This document shows, piece by piece, positions 9,303-16,846 of a stretch of DNA of 64,000 nt. The notes under the pieces were generated by a model. The model saw only the letters and a list, made by a program, of their open reading frames with translations, was not told the origin of the DNA and made no database searches. Made by a program: the position numbers and the translations under genes. Position 1 is the first letter of the stretch. Each line of letters begins with the position of its first letter. This stretch comes from Candidatus Roizmanbacteria bacterium RIFCSPLOWO2_01_FULL_37_16 (GTDB lineage: Bacteria; Patescibacteriota; Microgenomatia; UBA1406; GWC2-37-13). The stretch is taken from positions 2,274-66,273 of the forward strand of contig MGAI01000035.1 in NCBI GenBank assembly GCA_001789695.1, read 5' to 3'.

Positions 9303-11348
9303 ATGGCTTTAATTATTGTTGAATCACCCACAAAAGCGAGAACGTTTAACCGTATCATCAAGGATAATAAGAACTTTGTCTTTGCGACGATGGGTCATAT
9401 CCGTGATTTGCCCCCCAAAAGAATCTCTATTGATTATAAGAATAAATTCAAACCGACCTATGAAATTATTGCCAAAAAAAGAAAAGTAGTAGCCGAACTA
9501 AAAAAACTTGCCAAGGAAAATAAGGAGATTATTCTGGCAACGGATCCTGATCGAGAAGGAGAATCAATAGCCTACCATGCTGCTTATTTGACCGGCCATA
9601 TCAAAGAAAAATGGCCCAACGCCGAAATAATTAAGAACGGTCTAAACCTAAATCTGCAAAGAATAATATTTCACGAAATCACGCCTAGAGCGCTTAAGGA
9701 AGCTCTTGAAAAGCCTGAAAAGTTACGTTTGGATCTTGTTTATGCACAGCAGGCACGAAGGATTCTCGATAGGATAGTAGGGTACGAACTCTCACCGCTT
9801 TTATGGAAAAAAATAGGGAAAAACTGGCTATCAGCAGGACGCGTGCAGACTGTCGTTTTAAGATTAATCGTCGAGAGAGAAAAGGAAATAAAGAATTTTA
9901 AAATAGAAGATTACTATCAGATTTTCGGTTTTTTTGAAAGGGAAAAAAGGGAAAAAGATGTTGCTATAAAGGCAAAATTAATCAGCAAGGACGATATTCT
10001 CTATGAGCAAAAGTTCAGCCTGAGCCTTTTTGCTGGAGATTACCAGTATTCAAAAACAACCATCAATGGACAGAACGTCGATAAAATCAAAAAAGATTTA
10101 GAAGCAGGTGGGTATGACGTATCCGAAATTAAGGAAGAAATTCAACATAGATACCCGCCGCCACCATTTACAACTTCTTTGCTTTCACAAGACTCATTTT
10201 ATAAATTCGGTTTTTCTTCGAAGATGACAATGAGATTAGCGCAGGATCTTTACGAACGGGGATTGATAACTTACCACCGTACGGATTCCTTCAATCTTTC
10301 AACGCAGTTTGTTTTTAAAGCCAAGGATTATATTTTAGAAAACTTCGGCAAAGATTATGCTTTGGACAAGCCAAGGGGATATAAAACCAGGTCTAAAATG
10401 GCTCAAGAAGCTCACGAAGCCATCCGGCCGACTAAATTAGATCCTAGCGCAGCCGAATCTGGAAAAGATCAAAAAATAACAATAAATCACAAAAAACTTT
10501 ATAAACTGATATTTAATCGGGCTATTGCCACTCAGATGAAAGAGGCGTCGATAAAGCATCACACCATAACAATTCTCAGTAGTAAAGCTTATCTTTTCGA
10601 ATCGGAACTTCAATTGGTGATATTTGACGGATTTTTAAAAATTCTCAACCCGGAATTTGTCAAGAGAAATAAAGTTCTACCTGATATTAAAAAAGATGAT
10701 TCATTGCGATTAATCTCGCTTGACACTGTCGAAAACCAAACCAAACCGCCTCCTCGTTATAATGAAGCAACTCTTATCAAAACACTGGAAGAAAAAGGCA
10801 TTGGCAGGCCATCGACTTATGCACCGATTATTTCACTGATTCAGGAAAAAAATTATGTAGAAAAAGAAAACAGATATTTTATGCCGACGCGCCTTGGTGA
10901 AACCATATCGGAATATTTGGCTAAATCCTTTCCTAATATTTTCGATCTTAACTTCACTGCCAAAATGGAGGAGGAATTGGACCTGGTTGCCGATGGAAAA
11001 ATAGATACAGTTCGCTTATTGCAGGAGTTTAATTCTCCTTTCCAAAAAGACCTCTCACAAAAAAAGAAAGATGATACAAAAATTGACGTCGAAGAGGAGA
11101 TAAAAGAGATCTGTCCAAGTTGTGGTTCGCCGTTAGTGGTAAGATATTCAAAGTTTGGAAAATTCATAGGTTGTAGCAATTATCCAAAATGTAAATTCAC
11201 CAAACCATATCTTAAATTTATTCCAAATAAGATTTGTCCCGAAGACGGAGGAAGAGTAGTATTGAAATTTTCTAAAAAAAGAAAACGATTTTTCGGTTGC
11301 GAGAATTATCCAAAATGCACTTGGTCGGCGTGGAAGTTAACTAAATAG
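9303..11348 (+). CDS. topA: DNA topoisomerase I
   Basis: TOPRIM N-terminus (LIIVESPTKA, DPDREGE), the active-site region (ITYHRTDS), and two C-terminal C4 zinc ribbons (CPSCGSPL...CSNYPKC; CPEDGG...CENYPKC). Confidence 0.9.
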   Translation: MALIIVESPTKARTFNRIIKDNKNFVFATMGHIRDLPPKRISIDYKNKFKPTYEIIAKKRKVVAELKKLAKENKEIILATDPDREGESIAYHAAYLTGHIKEKWPNAEIIKNGLNLNLQRIIFHEITPRALKEALEKPEKLRLDLVYAQQARRILDRIVGYELSPLLWKKIGKNWLSAGRVQTVVLRLIVEREKEIKNFKIEDYYQIFGFFEREKREKDVAIKAKLISKDDILYEQKFSLSLFAGDYQYSKTTINGQNVDKIKKDLEAGGYDVSEIKEEIQHRYPPPPFTTSLLSQDSFYKFGFSSKMTMRLAQDLYERGLITYHRTDSFNLSTQFVFKAKDYILENFGKDYALDKPRGYKTRSKMAQEAHEAIRPTKLDPSAAESGKDQKITINHKKLYKLIFNRAIATQMKEASIKHHTITILSSKAYLFESELQLVIFDGFLKILNPEFVKRNKVLPDIKKDDSLRLISLDTVENQTKPPPRYNEATLIKTLEEKGIGRPSTYAPIISLIQEKNYVEKENRYFMPTRLGETISEYLAKSFPNIFDLNFTAKMEEELDLVADGKIDTVRLLQEFNSPFQKDLSQKKKDDTKIDVEEEIKEICPSCGSPLVVRYSKFGKFIGCSNYPKCKFTKPYLKFIPNKICPEDGGRVVLKFSKKRKRFFGCENYPKCTWSAWKLTK

Positions 11349-11378
11349 TATCTAGTATTAAGTATTTAGTATTTAGTA
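11346..11378. repeat. Left arm of heptamer palindrome flanking the four-helix-bundle gene
   Basis: TAGTATCTAGTATTAAGTATTTAGTATTTAGTA. It begins with the topA TAG stop and ends in the ATG of the next ORF. Confidence 0.55.
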
Positions 11379-11752
11379 TGAATACAAAAATCAGATCTTT
11401 TACCCAATTAAATGCATGGAAAAAAGCACATAGGTTTGTGCTTTTCATATATAAAATAACCAAAACATTTCCAAAAGAAGAATTATACGGTTTAGTCAAC
11501 CAGATGAGAAGAGCTGCTGTTTCTATCACGAGTAATATTGCAGAGGGGTTTTATAGAAGAACATCAGAGGATAAAAATCATTTTTATTACACTTCATTAA
11601 CATCGCTAGCAGAAATTCAGAATCAGTTAATTATTTCAAGAGATTTAAATTATATTTCTAATACTGTATTTCAAGAAGCTGCTAAATATTCTATCGAAGT
11701 TCAAAAGTTAATAAATGGTCTTATTAAATCTTCTAGTACGAAGAGTTTTTAA
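11378..11752 (+). CDS. Four-helix-bundle protein of the '23S rRNA intervening-sequence protein' family
   Basis: 124 aa with the family hallmarks recognisable by eye (F..L.AWKKAH.F...IYKITK.FPKEE.YGL..QMRRAAVSI.SNIAEG). Confidence 0.75.
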   Translation: MNTKIRSFTQLNAWKKAHRFVLFIYKITKTFPKEELYGLVNQMRRAAVSITSNIAEGFYRRTSEDKNHFYYTSLTSLAEIQNQLIISRDLNYISNTVFQEAAKYSIEVQKLINGLIKSSSTKSF

Positions 11753-11753
11753 A

Positions 11754-11784
11754 ACTAGATACTTTATACTTAATACTAAATACT
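11754..11784. repeat. Right arm of heptamer palindrome flanking the four-helix-bundle gene
   Basis: ACTAGATACTTTATACTTAATACTAAATACT. About 80% complementary to the left arm, with a shared core ATACTTAATACTA. Confidence 0.55.
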
Positions 11785-11791
11785 TATTTCT

Positions 11792-12373
11792 ATGATTGGA
11801 AAAATTAAAGGAGAACTTGTTGAAATTGATGGAAATCTGGGACTGATTATGACATCGGGAGGGGTTTTTTATCAGGTCTATCTTACGCCGTCGATTTTAA
11901 AAAATTATAAAAAAAAGATCGAAGTTGAAGTCTATACCTATTTACAGGTAAGAGAAGATGCTCTGGTTTTATTTGGCTTTGAGAGCAAGGCAGAATATGA
12001 TTTTTTTAAATTACTCCTGGGAGTTTCTGGCGTAGGCCCAAAAACAGCCTTTTCCATCATCTCTTTTTCTCGGATAGACGACATAACTGAGGCAGTAAAA
12101 AAAAATAGTACGGATTATTTTAGTAGAATTCCTGGATTAGGTAAAAAGACTGCGCTTAAGATAATTTTAGAGCTTTCAGAGAAACTTGATGCCGAGTTTA
12201 AATTGGAAAAGATGTACTTATCAGAAGATGATAAAACCGTTGTCGATGCTTTGGTTTCATTAGGTTTTAAATCAAATGAAGCTAAAAAAATTCTTGGCCA
12301 ACTACCTAATAAAATCTCCATCGAGAATAAAATCAAAGAGGCTATCAGATTGGCAACCAATCCTAAAAATTAA
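11792..12373 (+). CDS. ruvA: Holliday junction helicase subunit RuvA
   Basis: MIGKIKGELVE... N-terminal OB domain and HhH motifs (LLGVSGVGPKTA, IPGLGKKTA). Confidence 0.9.
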   Translation: MIGKIKGELVEIDGNLGLIMTSGGVFYQVYLTPSILKNYKKKIEVEVYTYLQVREDALVLFGFESKAEYDFFKLLLGVSGVGPKTAFSIISFSRIDDITEAVKKNSTDYFSRIPGLGKKTALKIILELSEKLDAEFKLEKMYLSEDDKTVVDALVSLGFKSNEAKKILGQLPNKISIENKIKEAIRLATNPKN

Positions 12374-12389
12374 TATATATTTTTAACCT

Positions 12390-13397
12390 ATGAAAGAGCA
12401 AAAAGTCTGGCGGGGTGAATCAGATTTAAGACCGCAGAAACTTTCCGATTATATCGGCCACAAAAACGTCGTAAAGACGCTTCGCTTATTTATCGATGCA
12501 GTAAAAAACCGTGGCGCATCAACAGAGCATTTACTTCTTTACGGGCCGCCTGGGATCGGTAAAACTACCTTAGCCTATATCATAGCACGGGAACTTGGTG
12601 GCGAAATTAAAATTACCTCAGGTGCAGCTATTACTAAAACAGGGGATTTGGCTGCAATTTTAACCAACTTAAATAAAAACGACGTTTTTTTTATTGATGA
12701 AATCCATAGGCTACCTAAACCAGTTGAGGAGCTTTTGTATCCTGTGATGGAAGATTTCTCGCTTGATCTAATAATTGGCAAAGGTCCTGCGGCAAGAACC
12801 GTTCGTTTGCCTATAGCTAGTATCACACTTGTTGGCGCAACCACAAAACTAGCTTTGCTTTCGGCGCCACTAAGAGACAGGTTTGGATTGATATTGAGAA
12901 TTGATTATTATTCCCATGATGAGATTGTTGACATTGTCAAGCGATCAAGCCAAATACTAAAATTGCCAATCACAGACAATGCAGCTTCTGAGATTGCTAA
13001 AAGATCAAGAAGGATTCCCCGAGTAGCCAACAGAATATTAAAACGAGCCAGAGACATGTTTGAGGTAGATAAACACAAAATAATTGACGATTTGATGCTG
13101 AAGCAGCTTTTTGCTCTTTTGGAGATTGACGAACGTGGACTAATGTCGGTTGATAGAAAGTACCTCCTTTTATTAATAAAAAAATTCCAAAATGCTCCAG
13201 TTGGATTAGACACTATTGCCTTGTCTTTATCAGAAGATAAAAGGACAATAGAGGAGTTTATTGAACCATATCTGATGCAGATTGGTTTTATTAAAAAAAC
13301 TGCCCGGGGAAGAGTAGTTACTGGTCAGGCTTTTGAGCATCTGGGACTTAAATTGTCATTGTCTTCACCAGCTATGAGACAGGAGAAACTGGTATAA
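12390..13397 (+). CDS. ruvB: Holliday junction helicase subunit RuvB
   Basis: LRPQKLSDYIGH, Walker A GPPGIGKTT, Walker B FIDEIHRL. Confidence 0.95.
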   Translation: MKEQKVWRGESDLRPQKLSDYIGHKNVVKTLRLFIDAVKNRGASTEHLLLYGPPGIGKTTLAYIIARELGGEIKITSGAAITKTGDLAAILTNLNKNDVFFIDEIHRLPKPVEELLYPVMEDFSLDLIIGKGPAARTVRLPIASITLVGATTKLALLSAPLRDRFGLILRIDYYSHDEIVDIVKRSSQILKLPITDNAASEIAKRSRRIPRVANRILKRARDMFEVDKHKIIDDLMLKQLFALLEIDERGLMSVDRKYLLLLIKKFQNAPVGLDTIALSLSEDKRTIEEFIEPYLMQIGFIKKTARGRVVTGQAFEHLGLKLSLSSPAMRQEKLV

Positions 13398-13408
13398 TTT
13401 AAAGATTA

Positions 13409-13505
13409 GCCTGGGTGGCGGAATTGGTATACGCGCAGGACTTACCCAGAACCACATAGGGTTCTGGGTACCCCAAACCCAGCGTGGTTTGGGGTAAAAT
13501 CTTGT
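13409..13505 (+). pseudogene. tRNA-Leu(UAA) pseudo-fragment (nt 1-45) interrupted by a 52-nt twin-hairpin insert
   Basis: 13409-13444 is identical to nt 1-36 of the intact tRNA at 13752. Two perfect 9-bp hairpins follow. AAAATCTTGT (13496-13505) then mimics the 3' side of the anticodon loop and stem. No variable arm, T arm or acceptor 3' strand follows. Confidence 0.6.
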
Positions 13506-13506
13506 T

Positions 13507-13752
13507 ATGAACTACGTATACGTTTTGAAATCATCAACAAGAATTTATATTGGTAGAACGAGTAAGCTTAAGGAGAGAATAAATGAACATTTTAAAAGAA
13601 AAACATGGACTACTAGACGATTTAAAAAGTTAGAATTAATTTTTTATGAGGCATTTAAAGATAAAATAGATAGTATAAGAAGAGAGAGATATTTTAAAAC
13701 ATCAAAAGGTAAGTCGTCATTAAAACAGATAATAAGAGAGTCTTTAAAATAG
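13507..13752 (+). CDS. Small GIY-YIG nuclease-family protein (YhbQ/COG2827-like, 81 aa)
   Basis: The N-terminus YVYVLKSSTRIYIGRTSKLKERINEH carries the GIY...YIG motifs and conserved Arg; RRERYFK supplies the conserved Glu. The stop codon TAG overlaps nt 1 of the tRNA. Confidence 0.8.
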   Translation: MNYVYVLKSSTRIYIGRTSKLKERINEHFKRKTWTTRRFKKLELIFYEAFKDKIDSIRRERYFKTSKGKSSLKQIIRESLK

Positions 13753-13839
13753 CCTGGGTGGCGGAATTGGTATACGCGCAGGACTTAAAATCCTGTAGCT
13801 GCATAAGCTGTGAGGGTTCGAGTCCCTCCTCAGGCACCA
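13752..13839 (+). tRNA. tRNA-Leu(UAA), class II, CCA encoded
   Basis: Cloverleaf folded by hand: acceptor GCCTGGG/CTCAGGC, anticodon arm CAGGA-CTTAAAA-TCCTG, long variable arm (AGCT-gcata-AGCT), T arm GAGGG-TTCGAGT-CCCTC, then A-CCA. Confidence 0.9.
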
Positions 13840-13999
13840 TTTGGGAAATTGCGAAATCATTGGGTACGACGCTCGCAACGCCGCCGCCCGATGCGAGCGC
13901 CGCAATGTGAAGGAAAAAAGAAAATTGATCAGGAGGTGGCGGGGTGTTTCAGTGAGTGGGAGTTAGTCTAAACTTGACAGGCTGATAAAATAGAGATGA

Positions 14000-14113
14000 T
14001 TGAGTAATTTGAACACTCTTATCAAGGCACTCGGTGAAAACAGAGCCAAAAGGGACGAGAGCCTGTCGCACCATACAACATTGGGAATCGGAGGGAAGGC
14101 AGATGTATTTTTC
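14000..14113 (+). pseudogene. murB: N-terminal stub of murB (UDP-N-acetylenolpyruvoylglucosamine reductase)
   Basis: LIKALGENRAKRDESLSHHTTLGIGGKADVFF matches the conserved MurB N-terminus (..L.EN.pL..HTT..IGGpAD.f.). Similarity stops after ~38 codons, and the frame runs on into the fucosidase ORF. Confidence 0.55.
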
Positions 14114-14152
14114 AAAAGAGGTATTAAAATAATTACAAAAAAAACTTTTTAT

Positions 14153-15154
14153 ATGTCCCTATCTTCCAAAAGAAATATTACCCTTAGCGAAAATAAATTG
14201 ACATGGTGGAAAAAAGCGAAATTTGGAATGTTTATTCATTGGGGACTTTATTCTTATTTAGGGGGAATCTGGAAGAGTAAAAAAACAAACTATTACAGTG
14301 AGTGGATAATGAACACTTTAGATATTCCCGATTCCGAATATTCAAAAGTTGCTGATAAATTTAACCCTATAAAATTTGATCCCTATAAATGGGTTAAAAC
14401 AGCAAAATTAGGAGGTATGAAATATCTCATTTTTACGGCAAAACATCATGAAGGATTTTCTATGTTTGATTCCAAATTAACTGACTACAATATAGTTAAG
14501 GCATCTCCCTACAAACACGACGTCGTATCAGAACTATCCCAAGCCTGTAAAAAGGAAGGGTTAAAATTTGGTGTTTATTATTCTTTATTAGATTGGCATC
14601 GGACTAAATCTCCCGGCACTTTTGGTTCACTTTTTGAGAAATCAGATAAATATTTTAAGTTTGTTAAGGGTCAAATTAGAGAACTTTTGACAAACTACGG
14701 AGATATATCAGTATTATTTTTTGACGGAGACTGGATGCTTACTTGGAATAAAAACAAAGGTAGAGAACTGGAAAAATTAATTAGAAAATTACAACCAAAT
14801 ATAATCATTAACGACAGAATTGGTAAAAGGCCTTATACATACTACGTTCCGATTATTAAATCCATATTCTTGCAAAAACCAAACATCGGCGACTACTCTA
14901 CTATCGAACAGGCTGTTCCTTTTTTCAAACAAAGTTTTAACTGGGAAAGTAATATAACTATAAATGATTCTTGGGGTTATAAAAAATTTGATAACAACTG
15001 GAAATCTGCATCAAAGATAATTTCAATTTATGAAAAAGCATTACGGTTTAAAGGCAATCTGCTTTTAAATATTGGACCTGATGGAGATGGTAATATTCCC
15101 GTTTCCTCGATTAAAATTCTAAAAGAGATAGGAAAAAGGATGTCAGAGAGTTAA
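14153..15154 (+). CDS. Alpha-L-fucosidase (GH29-like)
   Basis: WWKKAKFGMFIHWGLYS, KYLIFTAKHHEGFSMFDS and VLFFDGDW are GH29 signatures. Start taken at the Met at 14153, after the murB stub. Confidence 0.8.
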   Translation: MSLSSKRNITLSENKLTWWKKAKFGMFIHWGLYSYLGGIWKSKKTNYYSEWIMNTLDIPDSEYSKVADKFNPIKFDPYKWVKTAKLGGMKYLIFTAKHHEGFSMFDSKLTDYNIVKASPYKHDVVSELSQACKKEGLKFGVYYSLLDWHRTKSPGTFGSLFEKSDKYFKFVKGQIRELLTNYGDISVLFFDGDWMLTWNKNKGRELEKLIRKLQPNIIINDRIGKRPYTYYVPIIKSIFLQKPNIGDYSTIEQAVPFFKQSFNWESNITINDSWGYKKFDNNWKSASKIISIYEKALRFKGNLLLNIGPDGDGNIPVSSIKILKEIGKRMSES

Positions 15155-15188
15155 ATATTTAAGTATAGTTGTCAAATAATACGGCTAT

Positions 15189-15698
15189 TTATCTGACTAT
15201 AAGATATTCAATCAGTTTTGCTTTCCGATGAAGTTTTAACCCTCGATGAGTCCTAACGGCGTCATTTAAATGACCAAAAAACCCATCTTAAGAAAGATTG
15301 GTATCTCTCGTACCAGAAGTCCAAAAGAAACTCAAAAACATCTGACTTGCCTCTGTTTTTGGTTTGTTTGTGAGGTAGCGACGGACAATCTGTTTCTGGT
15401 GGAACTGGCACATTTGGACTGGATATTTATCTGATAGAGCCTCAAATACTCCTTTTCTTCCATCAACAACAATCCCGTCAATGATAAATCCGCGGACTTC
15501 AAGGAAATCTATAGCCAAAACGTAATCGTCTATGGTTTCATAGGGAATACGTTTGAAGTAGATATTTTTCTTCAGGTACCAGTCGCGGATCACAAGATAA
15601 ACGCATACACGCCTAAAGTAAACACAGTCCATAATAACCATGATGTGACTTTGTTTGTTTTGAAAAGACCGTAAGCAGCTTAAACATTTGATGGACAT
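15189..15698 (-). pseudogene. Degenerate DDE transposase remnant (IS256/ISL3-like motifs)
   Basis: VVDGRKGVFEALSDKYPVQMCQFHQKQIVRRYL resembles the D-x3-G...P...Q.C..H block of Mutator/IS256-type transposases. An in-frame TAA at 15288-15290 is followed by 32 more open codons (DGFFGHLNDAVRTHRGLKL...). The N-terminus is cut off by a stop at 15708-15710. No terminal inverted repeats seen. Confidence 0.5.
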
Positions 15699-15748
15699 TT
15701 TTAACCATTAGTGGCACAATCGGACAACGAAAACAGAGCATAAAAGCA

Positions 15749-16846
15749 TTAGGAGAATAATTTTAAAATATATTTTTTGATTAATTTCGTATCGAGATTA
15801 ACTAGATCATCACCAAGGAATTTCAGACCATCAGCCTCTTTAATTAAATTCAGAAGTCTATAAATCTGACTTTCGTTTAAACCGTATGATCTATCGCAAA
15901 TAAATACGTCAGGGTCTAATTGCCAAAATTTTTTCGTCTCTTTTCTTAATTTGAGGTTTTGTTCGAGTTGACCAAGAGTTTTTTTATGAATAAAGGAATT
16001 TAAAATAGGGATATTTCTTAAATAAGGGATGACTATATCTTCGCTGATGCGCATTGCATCTGTACTGCCTAGAGCAGGAGCCAGCGGACAGCCGCAGGCA
16101 ATAAAATAGACTCTTGGGTAAGTTTTTTTAATTCGCTTTAAAAAATCGGCCAGCAATTTGTCAGGAAATTCGGCATCTGAAAAGTCGGGATTAAAATGTT
16201 GAGCGTAGAGAAAATCAAGCTTTAGAAGCTGATAACCCCAATCGTTTATTAAAGTATCTATAACATTTACTAGATAGTCTTGTACATCTTTTAAGCCTAG
16301 GTTTAAAACCCAGTTTTTTCTAGGAAGTAAATTATCGATTGGTATGAGTTTGTTGCCATCAAGAAAGGAACCGTCTTTGTTTTTTATTAACCAGTCAGCA
16401 TGCTTTTGGGCAAAGATCGAGTTTGAACTTACAAGAAATGGGGAAATCCATAAGCCAGGTTTTAAGCCGAGTTTTTTGATTTTTTGAGCCAAAATTTTCA
16501 TGCCTTGAGGAAACTTACTTAGGTTTGGCTTTAACCAATCACCCCTGCTTGTCCAACCCTCGTCTATAATGACATAATCTAAGGGAAGAAGATTCTTATT
16601 TTTAGCAATCCATTCTGCCTGATTTATAATAATATTGGAGTTAATGTTTTGACCAAAAGCGTACCAAGAGCACCAACCTGTTGGCGCTGGTTTTAATTTA
16701 ATTTTGATTTTAGTTAGATAGGCTGAGTCTGCTTTGGCAAAAGGCGAGAAATTTCTTATTGGGATTTTAATTTTTGTTGGATAAGCAGGGCTCCAAGATT
16801 GCCAACCCTTTATTTCTATTTTAGATAAATTTTTTTTATTATTCAC
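15749..16846 (-). CDS. Alpha-galactosidase-like glycoside hydrolase (GH27/GH36 clan)
   Basis: GWCSWYAF, DYVIIDEGW, LKPGLWISPF and LLKLDFLY match melibiase-family catalytic-domain motifs. No signal peptide. Confidence 0.7.
   Translation of the reverse strand: MNNKKNLSKIEIKGWQSWSPAYPTKIKIPIRNFSPFAKADSAYLTKIKIKLKPAPTGWCSWYAFGQNINSNIIINQAEWIAKNKNLLPLDYVIIDEGWTSRGDWLKPNLSKFPQGMKILAQKIKKLGLKPGLWISPFLVSSNSIFAQKHADWLIKNKDGSFLDGNKLIPIDNLLPRKNWVLNLGLKDVQDYLVNVIDTLINDWGYQLLKLDFLYAQHFNPDFSDAEFPDKLLADFLKRIKKTYPRVYFIACGCPLAPALGSTDAMRISEDIVIPYLRNIPILNSFIHKKTLGQLEQNLKLRKETKKFWQLDPDVFICDRSYGLNESQIYRLLNLIKEADGLKFLGDDLVNLDTKLIKKYILKLFS

Noticed and set aside
13444-13751. A bona fide group I intron with a GIY-YIG homing endonuclease in tRNA-Leu(UAA).
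   Set aside because: The position fits, but outside the ORF only about 60 nt remain, too little for the P3-P9 core. The downstream tRNA copy is already complete with its own 5' half, so no splicing is needed. Kept only as a possible relic.
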